Positions 46,360-55,040 of a stretch of DNA of 64,000 nt are shown here, piece after piece. The translations under genes and the position numbers were made by a program. The DNA is from an uncultured Myxococcales bacterium (GTDB lineage Bacteria > Myxococcota_A > UBA9042 > CAIXZC01): contig CAZVFX010000003.1 in the NCBI GenBank assembly GCA_964626565.1, positions 45,906 through 109,905 on the forward strand, written 5' to 3'. Numbering within the stretch: position 1 is the first letter of the stretch; every line of letters starts with the position of its first letter. The notes under the pieces are model-generated. The model had not been told where the DNA came from and searched no databases. It saw nothing but the letters and a program-made list of their open reading frames with translations.

Positions 46360-47100
46360 CTATTCCAACTCCTTGAGCTTCTTCTTTGCGTATTGCCTGG
46401 CATCTTCAGTCTCCCAATCCATGTCTTTGGGAGATTTGGAATCGTTGATGCACTTCATATAGGTTGCCTTTGCCTTCTCCTTCTTCCCAACCGCGGCGTA
46501 CCCCTGGGCCAACTCGAGAAGCATGTCGGGATCGTGGGGGTTGAGCTTGCCGCCCTTCTCCAGCAGTTCGAGGCCCTTGGCGCTATCCCCCCAGGAAATG
46601 AGACCGGGGAGATCCCGGTACAGTGCGCCGAGCATCATGTACGCTTCGAACCGCTTCGGCTCGTCGGAAATCATCTCTTCCAGGAATTTCTTGATGTTCT
46701 TCGATTCCTTGAGCGCGGATTGCCACCCTTCTCCCGCCTTTGACTTGAACAGAGTCATGGCCCACATGAGGCGGCCGTCGTAGTCTTTGGGATTCTTGTC
46801 CAGCACCCGCTGCGCACACTCGACGCCACGCTCCGCCGCCTTCTGCTGCTTTTTCCCTTCCAGCCGATGGGCGTAGAAATAGGCGGTGCGGCCGCAGAAA
46901 ATCTGGATCTTCTTTTCGTCCGGATATTTGGCAGCCAGCTCAGCCGAGATTCGCGCGGCTTCGCCGTGCTGCGCGAGGTTAGCCCTCAACTTGTAAATCC
47001 GGTAGAGCCCGTCCCACTCCTCTTTGGTGACCTTCTTCTCGGCGAAGGCGAGGGCGGGCAGGAGAAGACATGAGATAACAACCGCCAGTGACCTGACCAT
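46360..47100 (-). CDS. Secreted helical-repeat (TPR-like) protein of unknown family; the start is the internal M (MVRSLAVVISCLLLPALAFA)
   Basis: Signal peptide; strong RBS AGGAGG. Conserved block FEAYMMLGALYRDLPGLISWGD...WETEDARQYAKKKLKEL shared with the next gene. Confidence 0.6.
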   Translation of the reverse strand: MVRSLAVVISCLLLPALAFAEKKVTKEEWDGLYRIYKLRANLAQHGEAARISAELAAKYPDEKKIQIFCGRTAYFYAHRLEGKKQQKAAERGVECAQRVLDKNPKDYDGRLMWAMTLFKSKAGEGWQSALKESKNIKKFLEEMISDEPKRFEAYMMLGALYRDLPGLISWGDSAKGLELLEKGGKLNPHDPDMLLELAQGYAAVGKKEKAKATYMKCINDSKSPKDMDWETEDARQYAKKKLKELE

Positions 47101-47154
47101 CAACAAACCTCCTTTCGCTGCCGGACGTAATGTAGCCAAGACAGGGTGCTTAAG

Positions 47155-47838
47155 TCAAAGCTTCTTGAGCATCTTCAGTGCGTATGCACGCGCATCTTCA
47201 GTTTCCCACTCACGGTTGGGAGGAGGGGTGCTTTCGTCGATCACCTTCCGGTACGCGACCCGCGCATCGGCCTTCCTGCGCACCTTGGCGTAAGCCGCGG
47301 CCAGTTCCAGGAGGACTTCCGGATCCCGGGGTGCGAGGCTGGCGGCTTTCTCCAGCATCTTCACCCCTTTCTTCTTGTCGCCCCAGGAGATCAGGGGCGG
47401 CAATTCACGGTAGAGCACCCCTTTCATCATGTACGCCTCAAAACGGTCCGGCTCATCCGCTATCAAATCGTCGATGTACCCTCTGATCTTCCTAGCTTCC
47501 CGCAGCGCCGCAGGGATCCCTTCGGCCATGCGCGCCTGAAACTGGTTGAGCACCCACCAGTACCGGGCATCGTAGTCGTGGGGGTCCATGCGCATGATCC
47601 GGCCGGCTGCGGCCACCCCCTGAGATGCTACCTCTCGCTTCCGGCCGTGGTCCTTGAGACGATGGGCGCAGTAGTATTGCGTAATCGCGCAGAACAACTG
47701 AACCTCCCGGTCTTCCGGGTAGGTGGCCGCCAGGCCCGCAGCACCTGCGGCAGCCGCCCGGTGCATCTCCAGATTGTCGCGTTTGGCGTAGATCTCCATC
47801 AACTCCTGCCACTCATGCTCCGACACCTTGCGGGTCAT
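47155..47838 (-). CDS. Cytoplasmic paralogue of ORF 46360..47100; the start is the internal ATG (MTRKVSEHEW) with RBS AGGAGGAG
   Basis: About 45% identity to the neighbour across FEAYMMKGVLYRELPPLISWGD...WETEDARAYALKMLKKL. No signal peptide. Confidence 0.55.
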   Translation of the reverse strand: MTRKVSEHEWQELMEIYAKRDNLEMHRAAAAGAAGLAATYPEDREVQLFCAITQYYCAHRLKDHGRKREVASQGVAAAGRIMRMDPHDYDARYWWVLNQFQARMAEGIPAALREARKIRGYIDDLIADEPDRFEAYMMKGVLYRELPPLISWGDKKKGVKMLEKAASLAPRDPEVLLELAAAYAKVRRKADARVAYRKVIDESTPPPNREWETEDARAYALKMLKKL

Positions 47839-47886
47839 GGGCTCCTCCTGGTTTGCCGCACCGAGATTAGCGCACCAGGTGTGCTG

Positions 47887-47913
47887 TTGCAAGATGGTGG
47901 TTTCTGGTATAGT
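47887..47913 (+). promoter_or_regulatory. Candidate sigma70 promoter TTGCAA-15-TATAGT upstream of giant gene G5
   Basis: Hexamers read from sequence; the spacer is slightly short. Confidence 0.3.
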
Positions 47914-47949
47914 GGTCAAAGCACTCAAGCAACGCGGAGGTGCGCGGTT

Positions 47950-50900
47950 ATGCGCCAGTTGATCGCAGTCATTTTTACGCTTCTCGCCGGGGCCGCATGT
48001 GCCGGATCGGGTGGGGTAGCGCTCCTCAACGACCAGGGCGGCGGTGACCTCGACGCGGCAGTCATGCCGGATGCCGGACTACCCGACCGGGGAGGGCCGG
48101 CGGACGTTCCGTTCGATCCGGGCGGCCCCGAGGACAGCAAGCAGGAATTCGTCTCCTGCATGGCAGGCACCGGGTGTTTCGGTGAACCGTGCGACGACGG
48201 CGGGGACTGCCTGTCCGGATTTTGCGTAGATCACATGGGCAACCAGGTGTGCTCTGAAGCGTGCGTGGAGGAGTGCCCCGCAGGCTGGTCGTGCCAGCAG
48301 GTTTCGGGGCTGGGCCCTGACCTGACTTTCGTTTGCGTTTCCGATTTCCGGGTGCTCTGCCGACCTTGCACCGACAACGACGACTGCGCCAGCACCTCGG
48401 GGCAGGAGGACCTGTGCGTCACATACGGCGCTTCCGGACGTTTCTGCGGCGCAGCCTGCGGTGAAGAGAAACAGTGCCCGGAAGGGTACAACTGTGAGGA
48501 CGTAGGGGCCGCAGGAGAATCGCTGTTCCAATGTGTCGCCGACGCGGAAGAGTGCGAGTGTTCAGACCTGGCGGTGGAACTGGCGGAGCACACGGTTTGC
48601 GAGGTGTCCAACGACTTCGGAACCTGCGAAGGTATCAGGAAGTGCACCTCCGGCGGCCTCACCGCGTGCGACGCGGACGAACCTGCGGCTGAGCAGTGCA
48701 ACGGTTCAGACGACAATTGCGATGGCGAAACCGACGAGGCAACGTGCGACGACGACAACGATTGCACCGAGGACCTGTGCGAAGGCGTCGATGGGTGTGC
48801 TTTCGAACCGCTGGAAGGAACCACCTGCGACGACCTCAACCCCTGCACCGTCACCGACCACTGCGTGAGCGGCGATTGCGTGGGGACAGCAGTGCAGTGC
48901 GACGACGGCAACCCCTGCACCGATGACCTGTGCGACGGTCAGTCGGGATGTATTTTTGAGGCCAACAGCGATATCTGTGATGACGGGGACCCCTGCACCA
49001 TTGGAGACCTGTGCGTGGAAGGAGAATGCCAGGGCACCGCGGTGGAGTGCGACTGCGTGGCCGATACCGATTGTGCAGCCTTTGAAGATGGCGACCTCTG
49101 CAACGGGACACTCTATTGCGACAAGTCGGGAGTGCAATTCAAGTGCGCCGTCGCCCCGGACACGATTGTCGTCTGCCCGCCGCCCGCAGGACCCGACGCA
49201 GCCTGTCTGCAAGCATCGTGCGCGCCGGTCACCGGCGCCTGTTCACTGACCCCGGCCAACGAAGGGCAAGTGTGCAGCGACGGCGACCAGTGCACCTATG
49301 GTGAAAGCTGCTTCCAGGGGACCTGCAGTGGGGGCGCCGAGCTGAACTGCAATGACGCGAACCAGTGCACCGCGGACTCCTGCAACCCCGACTCGGGCTG
49401 CCAGCACTCGCCGGTGAACGGAGGGTGCAACGACGGCGATTCGTGCACCGGCCCGGACGCCTGTTTTGACGGGCAGTGCGCGGCCGGTCCGCCCCTTAAT
49501 TGCGATGACAACAACCAGTGCACCGCGGACAATTGCGACTCCGCGCTCGGGTGCACCCATCTATACCTGGATCAGGGGTGCGACGACGGCAACCAGTGCA
49601 CCATGGGCGACCATTGCGAAGGAGGCCTGTGCCTGCCTTCCTCCATGCTCGGATGCGACGACGGCAACCCGTGCACGGATGATTCGTGCAACTCCCAAAC
49701 CGGCTGCCTTCACACCCACAACAACGCAGCCTGCAGCGACGGCAACCAGTGCTCCTCCAACGACTACTGCCAGGACGGAACGTGCCAGCCCGGCGAAGAG
49801 TTGGATTGTGAAGACAACAACCAGTGCACAGAGGACGTATGCAACCCACTCCTCGGATGCCTGCACACCAACAACGCCGGCGTTTGCGACGACGTGGACC
49901 CGTGCACGCTCCAGGACAAATGCTCCGGCGGGGTGTGCGTCGGCACGACGCCGAAGGACTGCAACGACGACAACCCGTGTACGGATGACAAATGCATCCC
50001 CATGGCCGGCTGCTCCTACGACAACAACGACAACCCGTGTGATGACGGAAACTCCTGCACGACGGGAGACAAATGTGCGGCGGGAAGCTGCCAGCCCGGG
50101 GAACCTTCCTCCTGTGAAGACGGCAACGTCTGCACCGACGATGCTTGCGTCCAGGGGCAGGGCTGTGTTCACGAACCCAACGACGCCGGGTGCGACGACC
50201 TCAACGAGTGCACCACCGGAGATACTTGCAAGCAAGGTCAGTGCAGCGGCACCGGGTCGCTGGAATGCGACGACGGCAAGCCGTGCACCAAGGACATTTG
50301 CCTCCCCGGCGGCGGCTGCCTTCATGAGGACGCTGAAGCCCCGTGCTCGGACGGAGACCCGTGCACCGTGGGCGACGTGTGCGAGGCGGGAGAATGCGTG
50401 TCCGGTCCCGCACCCGACTGCGACGACGGCAACCCCTGCACCGACGACTCGTGCGGAGCCGACGGGGCCTGCGACCACGCCCCCAACCAGGCTGCTTGCG
50501 ACGATGGAAATCCTTGCACAATTGGTGACCACTGCGACGACGGCTGGTGCGCACCGGAAGGGCCGCTGGATTGCAACGACGACAACCTGTGCACCACCGA
50601 TAACTGCGACCCGTTGCAGGGATGCATCTACACGTTGAACTCCAACCCCTGTAATGACAACGACGCTTGCACCATAAACGACCTGTGCGGAGCGGGAAGC
50701 TGCGGCGGGGGCGGTTCATTGAACTGTGAGGACGCCAATCCGTGCACCGTAGACAGTTGCGACCCCGCGGCCGGCTGCATCCACTTGTGGGCCGACGCTC
50801 CGTGCGACGATTTCAACCCCTGCACCGAAGGGGATCATTGCGACGAGGGAGTGTGCAAGCCGGGTTCGACGGTAGGATGCGATGACCAGGATGTCTGCAC

Positions 50901-51708
50901 AGACGATTCGTGCGACGTGCAGGCCGGGTGCGTGCACACCCACAACCAGGCGCCGTGCAACGACCTCAATGAATGCACCACCGGCGACGTTTGCGCCGCC
51001 GGTGTGTGCGCCGGACCCGATGGCCTCAACTGTGACGACGGCAAAATCTGCACCGACGATTCGTGCGTTCCCGATAGCGGCTGCGTGCACCTGAACAACT
51101 CCGCTCCGTGTAGCGACAACAACAGTTGCACTGAAGACGATAGCTGCTCGGGGGGAAGCTGCCAGCCGGGAAGCCTGATCAACTGCAACGACGGAGACGA
51201 GTGCACAACCGACAGTTGCGACCCGGTCCAGGGCTGCATTCACTCCAACAACAACAACTGCTGCTCTCCCAGCGGCAATCGTGTTGCTTTCAACTCCATT
51301 TCGCAAGACTCCGCAGGCGGCTGCTGGAACGGCAACCCCTGTGGCACCGACTCCTACTCGTGGAACGGCAACGGCCAGGCGTTTTCGGGCTTTGGCCAGT
51401 CCATTACGTGCAGCGGCGCGAGCGGCTGCGTTGCACAGGTAGGAATCACCACATACTCCGGCGGCAATTCGGTATGCCAGGGCAAATGGGACGTGTACTG
51501 CAACAACGAAAAGCAGTGCACCATCACGACTCTCGGCACAAGCTGCGCGGGGAGCGCCATGGGCAACGGTTGCAAGTGTAATTTCCCCAAAGCCAAGAGC
51601 TGCTCGTCCATCAAGCTGGTATCGGTCCAGGATGGCGACGGAACGGGGAGTTGCTGCGGAGGCTCACCTCAACCCGATTCGATGATCACTGCAGTAAGCG
51701 CCTGGTAG
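47950..51708 (+). CDS. Giant (about 1250 aa) secreted lipoprotein G5 with more than 25 tandem CDDGNPCTxDxC repeats; the start is the internal M (MRQLIAVIFTLLAGAACAGSG)
   Basis: Conserved N-terminal Cys module (GEPCDDGGDCLSGFCVDHMGNQVCSEACVEECPAGW...) plus a MopE-like CNGSDDNCDGETDEA. A long array of ~38-aa repeats follows (CxDGNxCTxDxCxxxxGCxHxxNxAxCxDGxxCTxGDxCxxGxCxxG). The Cys/Gly/Ser-rich C-terminal ~150 aa are unknown. Confidence 0.8.
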   Translation: MRQLIAVIFTLLAGAACAGSGGVALLNDQGGGDLDAAVMPDAGLPDRGGPADVPFDPGGPEDSKQEFVSCMAGTGCFGEPCDDGGDCLSGFCVDHMGNQVCSEACVEECPAGWSCQQVSGLGPDLTFVCVSDFRVLCRPCTDNDDCASTSGQEDLCVTYGASGRFCGAACGEEKQCPEGYNCEDVGAAGESLFQCVADAEECECSDLAVELAEHTVCEVSNDFGTCEGIRKCTSGGLTACDADEPAAEQCNGSDDNCDGETDEATCDDDNDCTEDLCEGVDGCAFEPLEGTTCDDLNPCTVTDHCVSGDCVGTAVQCDDGNPCTDDLCDGQSGCIFEANSDICDDGDPCTIGDLCVEGECQGTAVECDCVADTDCAAFEDGDLCNGTLYCDKSGVQFKCAVAPDTIVVCPPPAGPDAACLQASCAPVTGACSLTPANEGQVCSDGDQCTYGESCFQGTCSGGAELNCNDANQCTADSCNPDSGCQHSPVNGGCNDGDSCTGPDACFDGQCAAGPPLNCDDNNQCTADNCDSALGCTHLYLDQGCDDGNQCTMGDHCEGGLCLPSSMLGCDDGNPCTDDSCNSQTGCLHTHNNAACSDGNQCSSNDYCQDGTCQPGEELDCEDNNQCTEDVCNPLLGCLHTNNAGVCDDVDPCTLQDKCSGGVCVGTTPKDCNDDNPCTDDKCIPMAGCSYDNNDNPCDDGNSCTTGDKCAAGSCQPGEPSSCEDGNVCTDDACVQGQGCVHEPNDAGCDDLNECTTGDTCKQGQCSGTGSLECDDGKPCTKDICLPGGGCLHEDAEAPCSDGDPCTVGDVCEAGECVSGPAPDCDDGNPCTDDSCGADGACDHAPNQAACDDGNPCTIGDHCDDGWCAPEGPLDCNDDNLCTTDNCDPLQGCIYTLNSNPCNDNDACTINDLCGAGSCGGGGSLNCEDANPCTVDSCDPAAGCIHLWADAPCDDFNPCTEGDHCDEGVCKPGSTVGCDDQDVCTDDSCDVQAGCVHTHNQAPCNDLNECTTGDVCAAGVCAGPDGLNCDDGKICTDDSCVPDSGCVHLNNSAPCSDNNSCTEDDSCSGGSCQPGSLINCNDGDECTTDSCDPVQGCIHSNNNNCCSPSGNRVAFNSISQDSAGGCWNGNPCGTDSYSWNGNGQAFSGFGQSITCSGASGCVAQVGITTYSGGNSVCQGKWDVYCNNEKQCTITTLGTSCAGSAMGNGCKCNFPKAKSCSSIKLVSVQDGDGTGSCCGGSPQPDSMITAVSAW

Positions 51709-51721
51709 GGAGGCGAAACCG

Positions 51722-54007
51722 ATGATGACTCGAGCTTGTCTGGCCGTTTTTCTACTGCTTCCGCTGTCAGCCTGCACCGGCAGCGGCACCGACGACTGCG
51801 TCGAGATTTGCGATGGCAAATGCGGCGCGTATGAAGGGTGCGACTGCGAAGGCTGCGGGGATGGCTTTGCATGCGAAGACAACGTGTGCATGGAGGCGTG
51901 CATCCCGGTTTGCGACGGCTTCGAATGTGGGGACGACGGTTGCGGCGGAAGCTGCGGCTCCTGCCCGCTCGCAGCGCCCGCGTGCAACGCGGGCTCGTGC
52001 TGCACGCCTGACTGCGCGGACGCGGAGTGCGGAGACGACGGTTGCGGCGGCGTGTGTGGAGTGTGTTCCGAGGATTTGCCGGAGTGCGTTGAAGGCCTTT
52101 GCTCCGCGGTCTGCGTCCCAGATTGCGAAGACAAAGAGTGCGGGGATGACGGTTGCGGCAACAGTTGCGGCGACTGCCCCACCGCCGCACCGGTATGTAA
52201 CGAAGGCCTTTGCGAACCTGATTGTGTCGGTAATTGCGAGGGCCTCGAATGTGGGGACGACGGCTGCGGTAAAAGCTGCGGCGGCTGTCCGGACAATCAC
52301 GTGTGCCTGGCCGAAGGGGTCTGCCTGTGCCAGCCCGATTGTGCCGGAAAATGCGGCGAAGACGGGTGCGGGGGCGAGTGCGGCGAATGCCCCGGGCTGC
52401 AGGAAGATTGTGTCGACGGCTTGTGCGTCTGCCAGCCCGCTTGCGACAGCAAGAACTGTGGACCTGACGGTTGCGGCGAAAGCTGCGGTGAGTGCCCCGA
52501 AAATCACGACTGCCTGGCCGACGGCACCTGCCTGTGCGTCCCCGACTGCTCCGGTTCCGATTGCGGCAGCGACGGCTGCGGCGGCTCTTGCGGCAGTTGC
52601 GGCTGTGGAGAGTACTGCATCGACGGCTTATGCGTCTTCACCGCGTGCGACGGCAAGGAATGCGGGCCGGATACGTGCGGGGGAAACTGCGGCGTCTGTC
52701 CGCCCGGCGCCGCGTGCGTCCAGGGCCTCTGCCCGCCGGAAGGAACCGGGTGCGAGGATTTCAATGAGACGCCCTGGGACGGCTGTACGGACGGGCAGGT
52801 CACGGAGTTCCAGGCCAACGAGTATACCCAAGGGGATCAGAAAGCGCCTGACATCGCCATGCTGGCCGACGGTCGGTTCCTGGTCGTCTGGCAAAGCGCG
52901 CTGCAGGACGGCAACAGCGAGGGTGTATTTGCCCGCTTCTTCTTCCCGGGCCTCGAGCCCGACGCCGGCGACTTCCAGGTGAACAGCGAAAGCTACGGAA
53001 CCCAGAAAGACCCCCGGGCTGCCGCAGTGGGAGAAGACCGATTCGTAGTGGTGTGGGTCAGCTCGGGCCAGGACGGATTCATGGATGGGGTCTTCGGCCA
53101 GTTGTTCGACCTGGACGGGTTCCCCGATGGCGACGAGTTCCAGGTGAACACTTATACAACCGCCAGTCAGATTGCCCCCGCGGTGGCCGGATTTCCCGGC
53201 GGCTTTGTGGTTGTCTGGGAGAGCCCCGGGCAGGACGGGTCCGATACCGGAATCATGGGCCAGCGCTTCGCACCCGATGGCGAGAAGTGGGGCACCGAAT
53301 TTCAGGTGAATACCTACTTCCTGGTCGCGCAGAAGGCGCCCGCAATAGACACCTTTGACGACGGCAGGTTTGTGGTGGCATGGAGCAGTTGGTCCCAGGA
53401 CGGCTCCGATTGGGGGGTCTTCGGCCAGCGCTTCATGGCGAACGGCGACATGGAAGGGCAGGAGTTTCAGGTGAATACCCACACCGGGGAGCACCAGTAC
53501 GCGGCCAGCGTTGCCGTGACTGGAGACTCCACTTTCGCCATGTCGTGGCAGAGCCTGGACCAGGACGGCTCCGACTACGGGATCTACGGACAGCGCTTCA
53601 ACCTGTCCGTGGGCAAGTCAGGCTCGGAATTCAAGCTCAATGAGCATATCGACCAGGTGCAGGAGGCCCCGTCCCTGGCCGCGGCTCCCACCGGGGACTT
53701 TGCCGCCGCGTGGCAAAGCTGCGCCACCCCCGGCGCGGTGGACCCGCCTCAGGACGGCGACGGCTGCGGAATCGTCGCCCGCCGGTACCAGGCGAACGGC
53801 TCTGCTGTGGGCCAGGAGTTCGTGGTCAACGTCTCCCCCACCGGGGAACAGACGGGTGCAGCCACCGCGATGTCTGCGGCCGGCGATTTTGCCGTTACCT
53901 GGGCAAGCTGCCCGCCCCCGACCCAGCCCAACTCGGCCCAGGATGGAAGCGGATGCGGCATTTTCGTGCAGCGTATCAATCCCGATGGAGAGCGTCTCTA
54001 TCGCTAG
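51722..54007 (+). CDS. Secreted lipoprotein (761 aa): nine CxGxxCGxDGCGGxCGxC modules followed by eight ~50-aa beta-propeller-like repeats (EFQVNTYT..Q..P.VA...GGFVVVW.S..QDGS..GVFGQRF)
   Basis: Signal MMTRACLAVFLLLPLSACTG. RBS GGAGG 8 nt upstream, 13 nt after the G5 stop (operon). Repeats read directly from the translation. Confidence 0.8.
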   Translation: MMTRACLAVFLLLPLSACTGSGTDDCVEICDGKCGAYEGCDCEGCGDGFACEDNVCMEACIPVCDGFECGDDGCGGSCGSCPLAAPACNAGSCCTPDCADAECGDDGCGGVCGVCSEDLPECVEGLCSAVCVPDCEDKECGDDGCGNSCGDCPTAAPVCNEGLCEPDCVGNCEGLECGDDGCGKSCGGCPDNHVCLAEGVCLCQPDCAGKCGEDGCGGECGECPGLQEDCVDGLCVCQPACDSKNCGPDGCGESCGECPENHDCLADGTCLCVPDCSGSDCGSDGCGGSCGSCGCGEYCIDGLCVFTACDGKECGPDTCGGNCGVCPPGAACVQGLCPPEGTGCEDFNETPWDGCTDGQVTEFQANEYTQGDQKAPDIAMLADGRFLVVWQSALQDGNSEGVFARFFFPGLEPDAGDFQVNSESYGTQKDPRAAAVGEDRFVVVWVSSGQDGFMDGVFGQLFDLDGFPDGDEFQVNTYTTASQIAPAVAGFPGGFVVVWESPGQDGSDTGIMGQRFAPDGEKWGTEFQVNTYFLVAQKAPAIDTFDDGRFVVAWSSWSQDGSDWGVFGQRFMANGDMEGQEFQVNTHTGEHQYAASVAVTGDSTFAMSWQSLDQDGSDYGIYGQRFNLSVGKSGSEFKLNEHIDQVQEAPSLAAAPTGDFAAAWQSCATPGAVDPPQDGDGCGIVARRYQANGSAVGQEFVVNVSPTGEQTGAATAMSAAGDFAVTWASCPPPTQPNSAQDGSGCGIFVQRINPDGERLYR

Positions 54008-54094
54008 CAAAACAGGGGCGCGAACGCCCGCCCGCATTAAAAAAAGACAGCAGTTCTCAACACGAAGGAATCACTGATTATACGGGCTTTTCGC

Positions 54095-54123
54095 TTGACT
54101 CCCCAAGGCCCCTGAGGTATATC
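54095..54123 (+). promoter_or_regulatory. Candidate sigma70 promoter TTGACT-17-TATATC upstream of the Memo-like gene
   Basis: Hexamers and 17-nt spacer read from sequence. Confidence 0.4.
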
Positions 54124-54159
54124 CCGCTCGACTGAATGAAGGTTACTACGGGGGTCTAA

Positions 54160-55017
54160 ATGGACCTTGTCAAAAGCACATTTGCCGGCTCATGGTATCC
54201 GGGAACGAAAAAAAAGATCGAAAACAAGATAGGTGAATTCAAGGAGAACGTCGGCCGCCCACAGAAGTTGAAGAAACCTCCGGTGGCGGGCATCGTTCCC
54301 CATGCCGGCTGGATGTATTCCGGCCGGATTGCCTACGAAGTTCTGGACAACCTCGCGCCTCGCAATCCCGACCTGGTCGTGCTGTTCGGCGGCCACGTTC
54401 ACCAGTATCAGCGTTCACTCATCTTCGCCGGAGACGGCTTCGAGACTCCGCTAGGGCCCGTCATGTGCCACAAGGAGATGGTTCAGGGGCTGTCCGGAGC
54501 GTTCAGGTTCCGACCGGTGGAGACTTCGGCCTGGGAACCGGACAACACCGTTGAAGTTCAGTTGCCCCTGGTAAAGCACCTGTTCCCCGAAGCCAAGGTA
54601 GTTATTCTGCATCTGCCCCCCCGGGACATCATTCTGGACATCGTGGACCTGATCATGGAGTTCGTCAGACGTTACGACACCAAGCCGGTCTTTGTGGGCT
54701 CCACAGACCTGACGCACTACGGGCCCCGGTACGGCATGACCTCCTACGGAGTGGGTGAGAAATCCCACCGCTGGGCCAAGGGTGATAACGACGCCGCGTT
54801 TATCAGCAAGCTGGTCAGCCTCGACCCTCAAGGCTGCCTGGAGGAAGGGCTGAGCAACTACAATGCGTGCTGCCCCGGCGCGGCGGCCGCGGCGGTAACA
54901 GCGGCCCGGCTCATGGGTTCCGAATACGGCGAACTGCTGACCCATGCGACGAGTTATGAGATTGTACCCGTGGGCGAACCGGTGGATTTCGTCGGCTACT
55001 GCTCAGTTGTATTCTAA
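54160..55017 (+). CDS. Memo-like protein (AmmeMemoRadiSam system protein B family)
   Basis: The AGSWYP ... AGIVPHAGWMYSG ... VVLFGGHVH motifs match Memo1/MEMO family conserved His/Cys sites. Confidence 0.7.
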   Translation: MDLVKSTFAGSWYPGTKKKIENKIGEFKENVGRPQKLKKPPVAGIVPHAGWMYSGRIAYEVLDNLAPRNPDLVVLFGGHVHQYQRSLIFAGDGFETPLGPVMCHKEMVQGLSGAFRFRPVETSAWEPDNTVEVQLPLVKHLFPEAKVVILHLPPRDIILDIVDLIMEFVRRYDTKPVFVGSTDLTHYGPRYGMTSYGVGEKSHRWAKGDNDAAFISKLVSLDPQGCLEEGLSNYNACCPGAAAAAVTAARLMGSEYGELLTHATSYEIVPVGEPVDFVGYCSVVF

Positions 55018-55040
55018 ATCAAGCTTACTGTCGGGTAAAA

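Noticed and set aside
54008-54060. GGGCG-CGAA-CGCCC hairpin after ORF 51722..54007 as a rho-independent terminator
   Set aside because: The hairpin is followed by an A-run rather than a T-run on the coding strand, so a canonical intrinsic terminator call is not supported. It may still be a structural 3' end.
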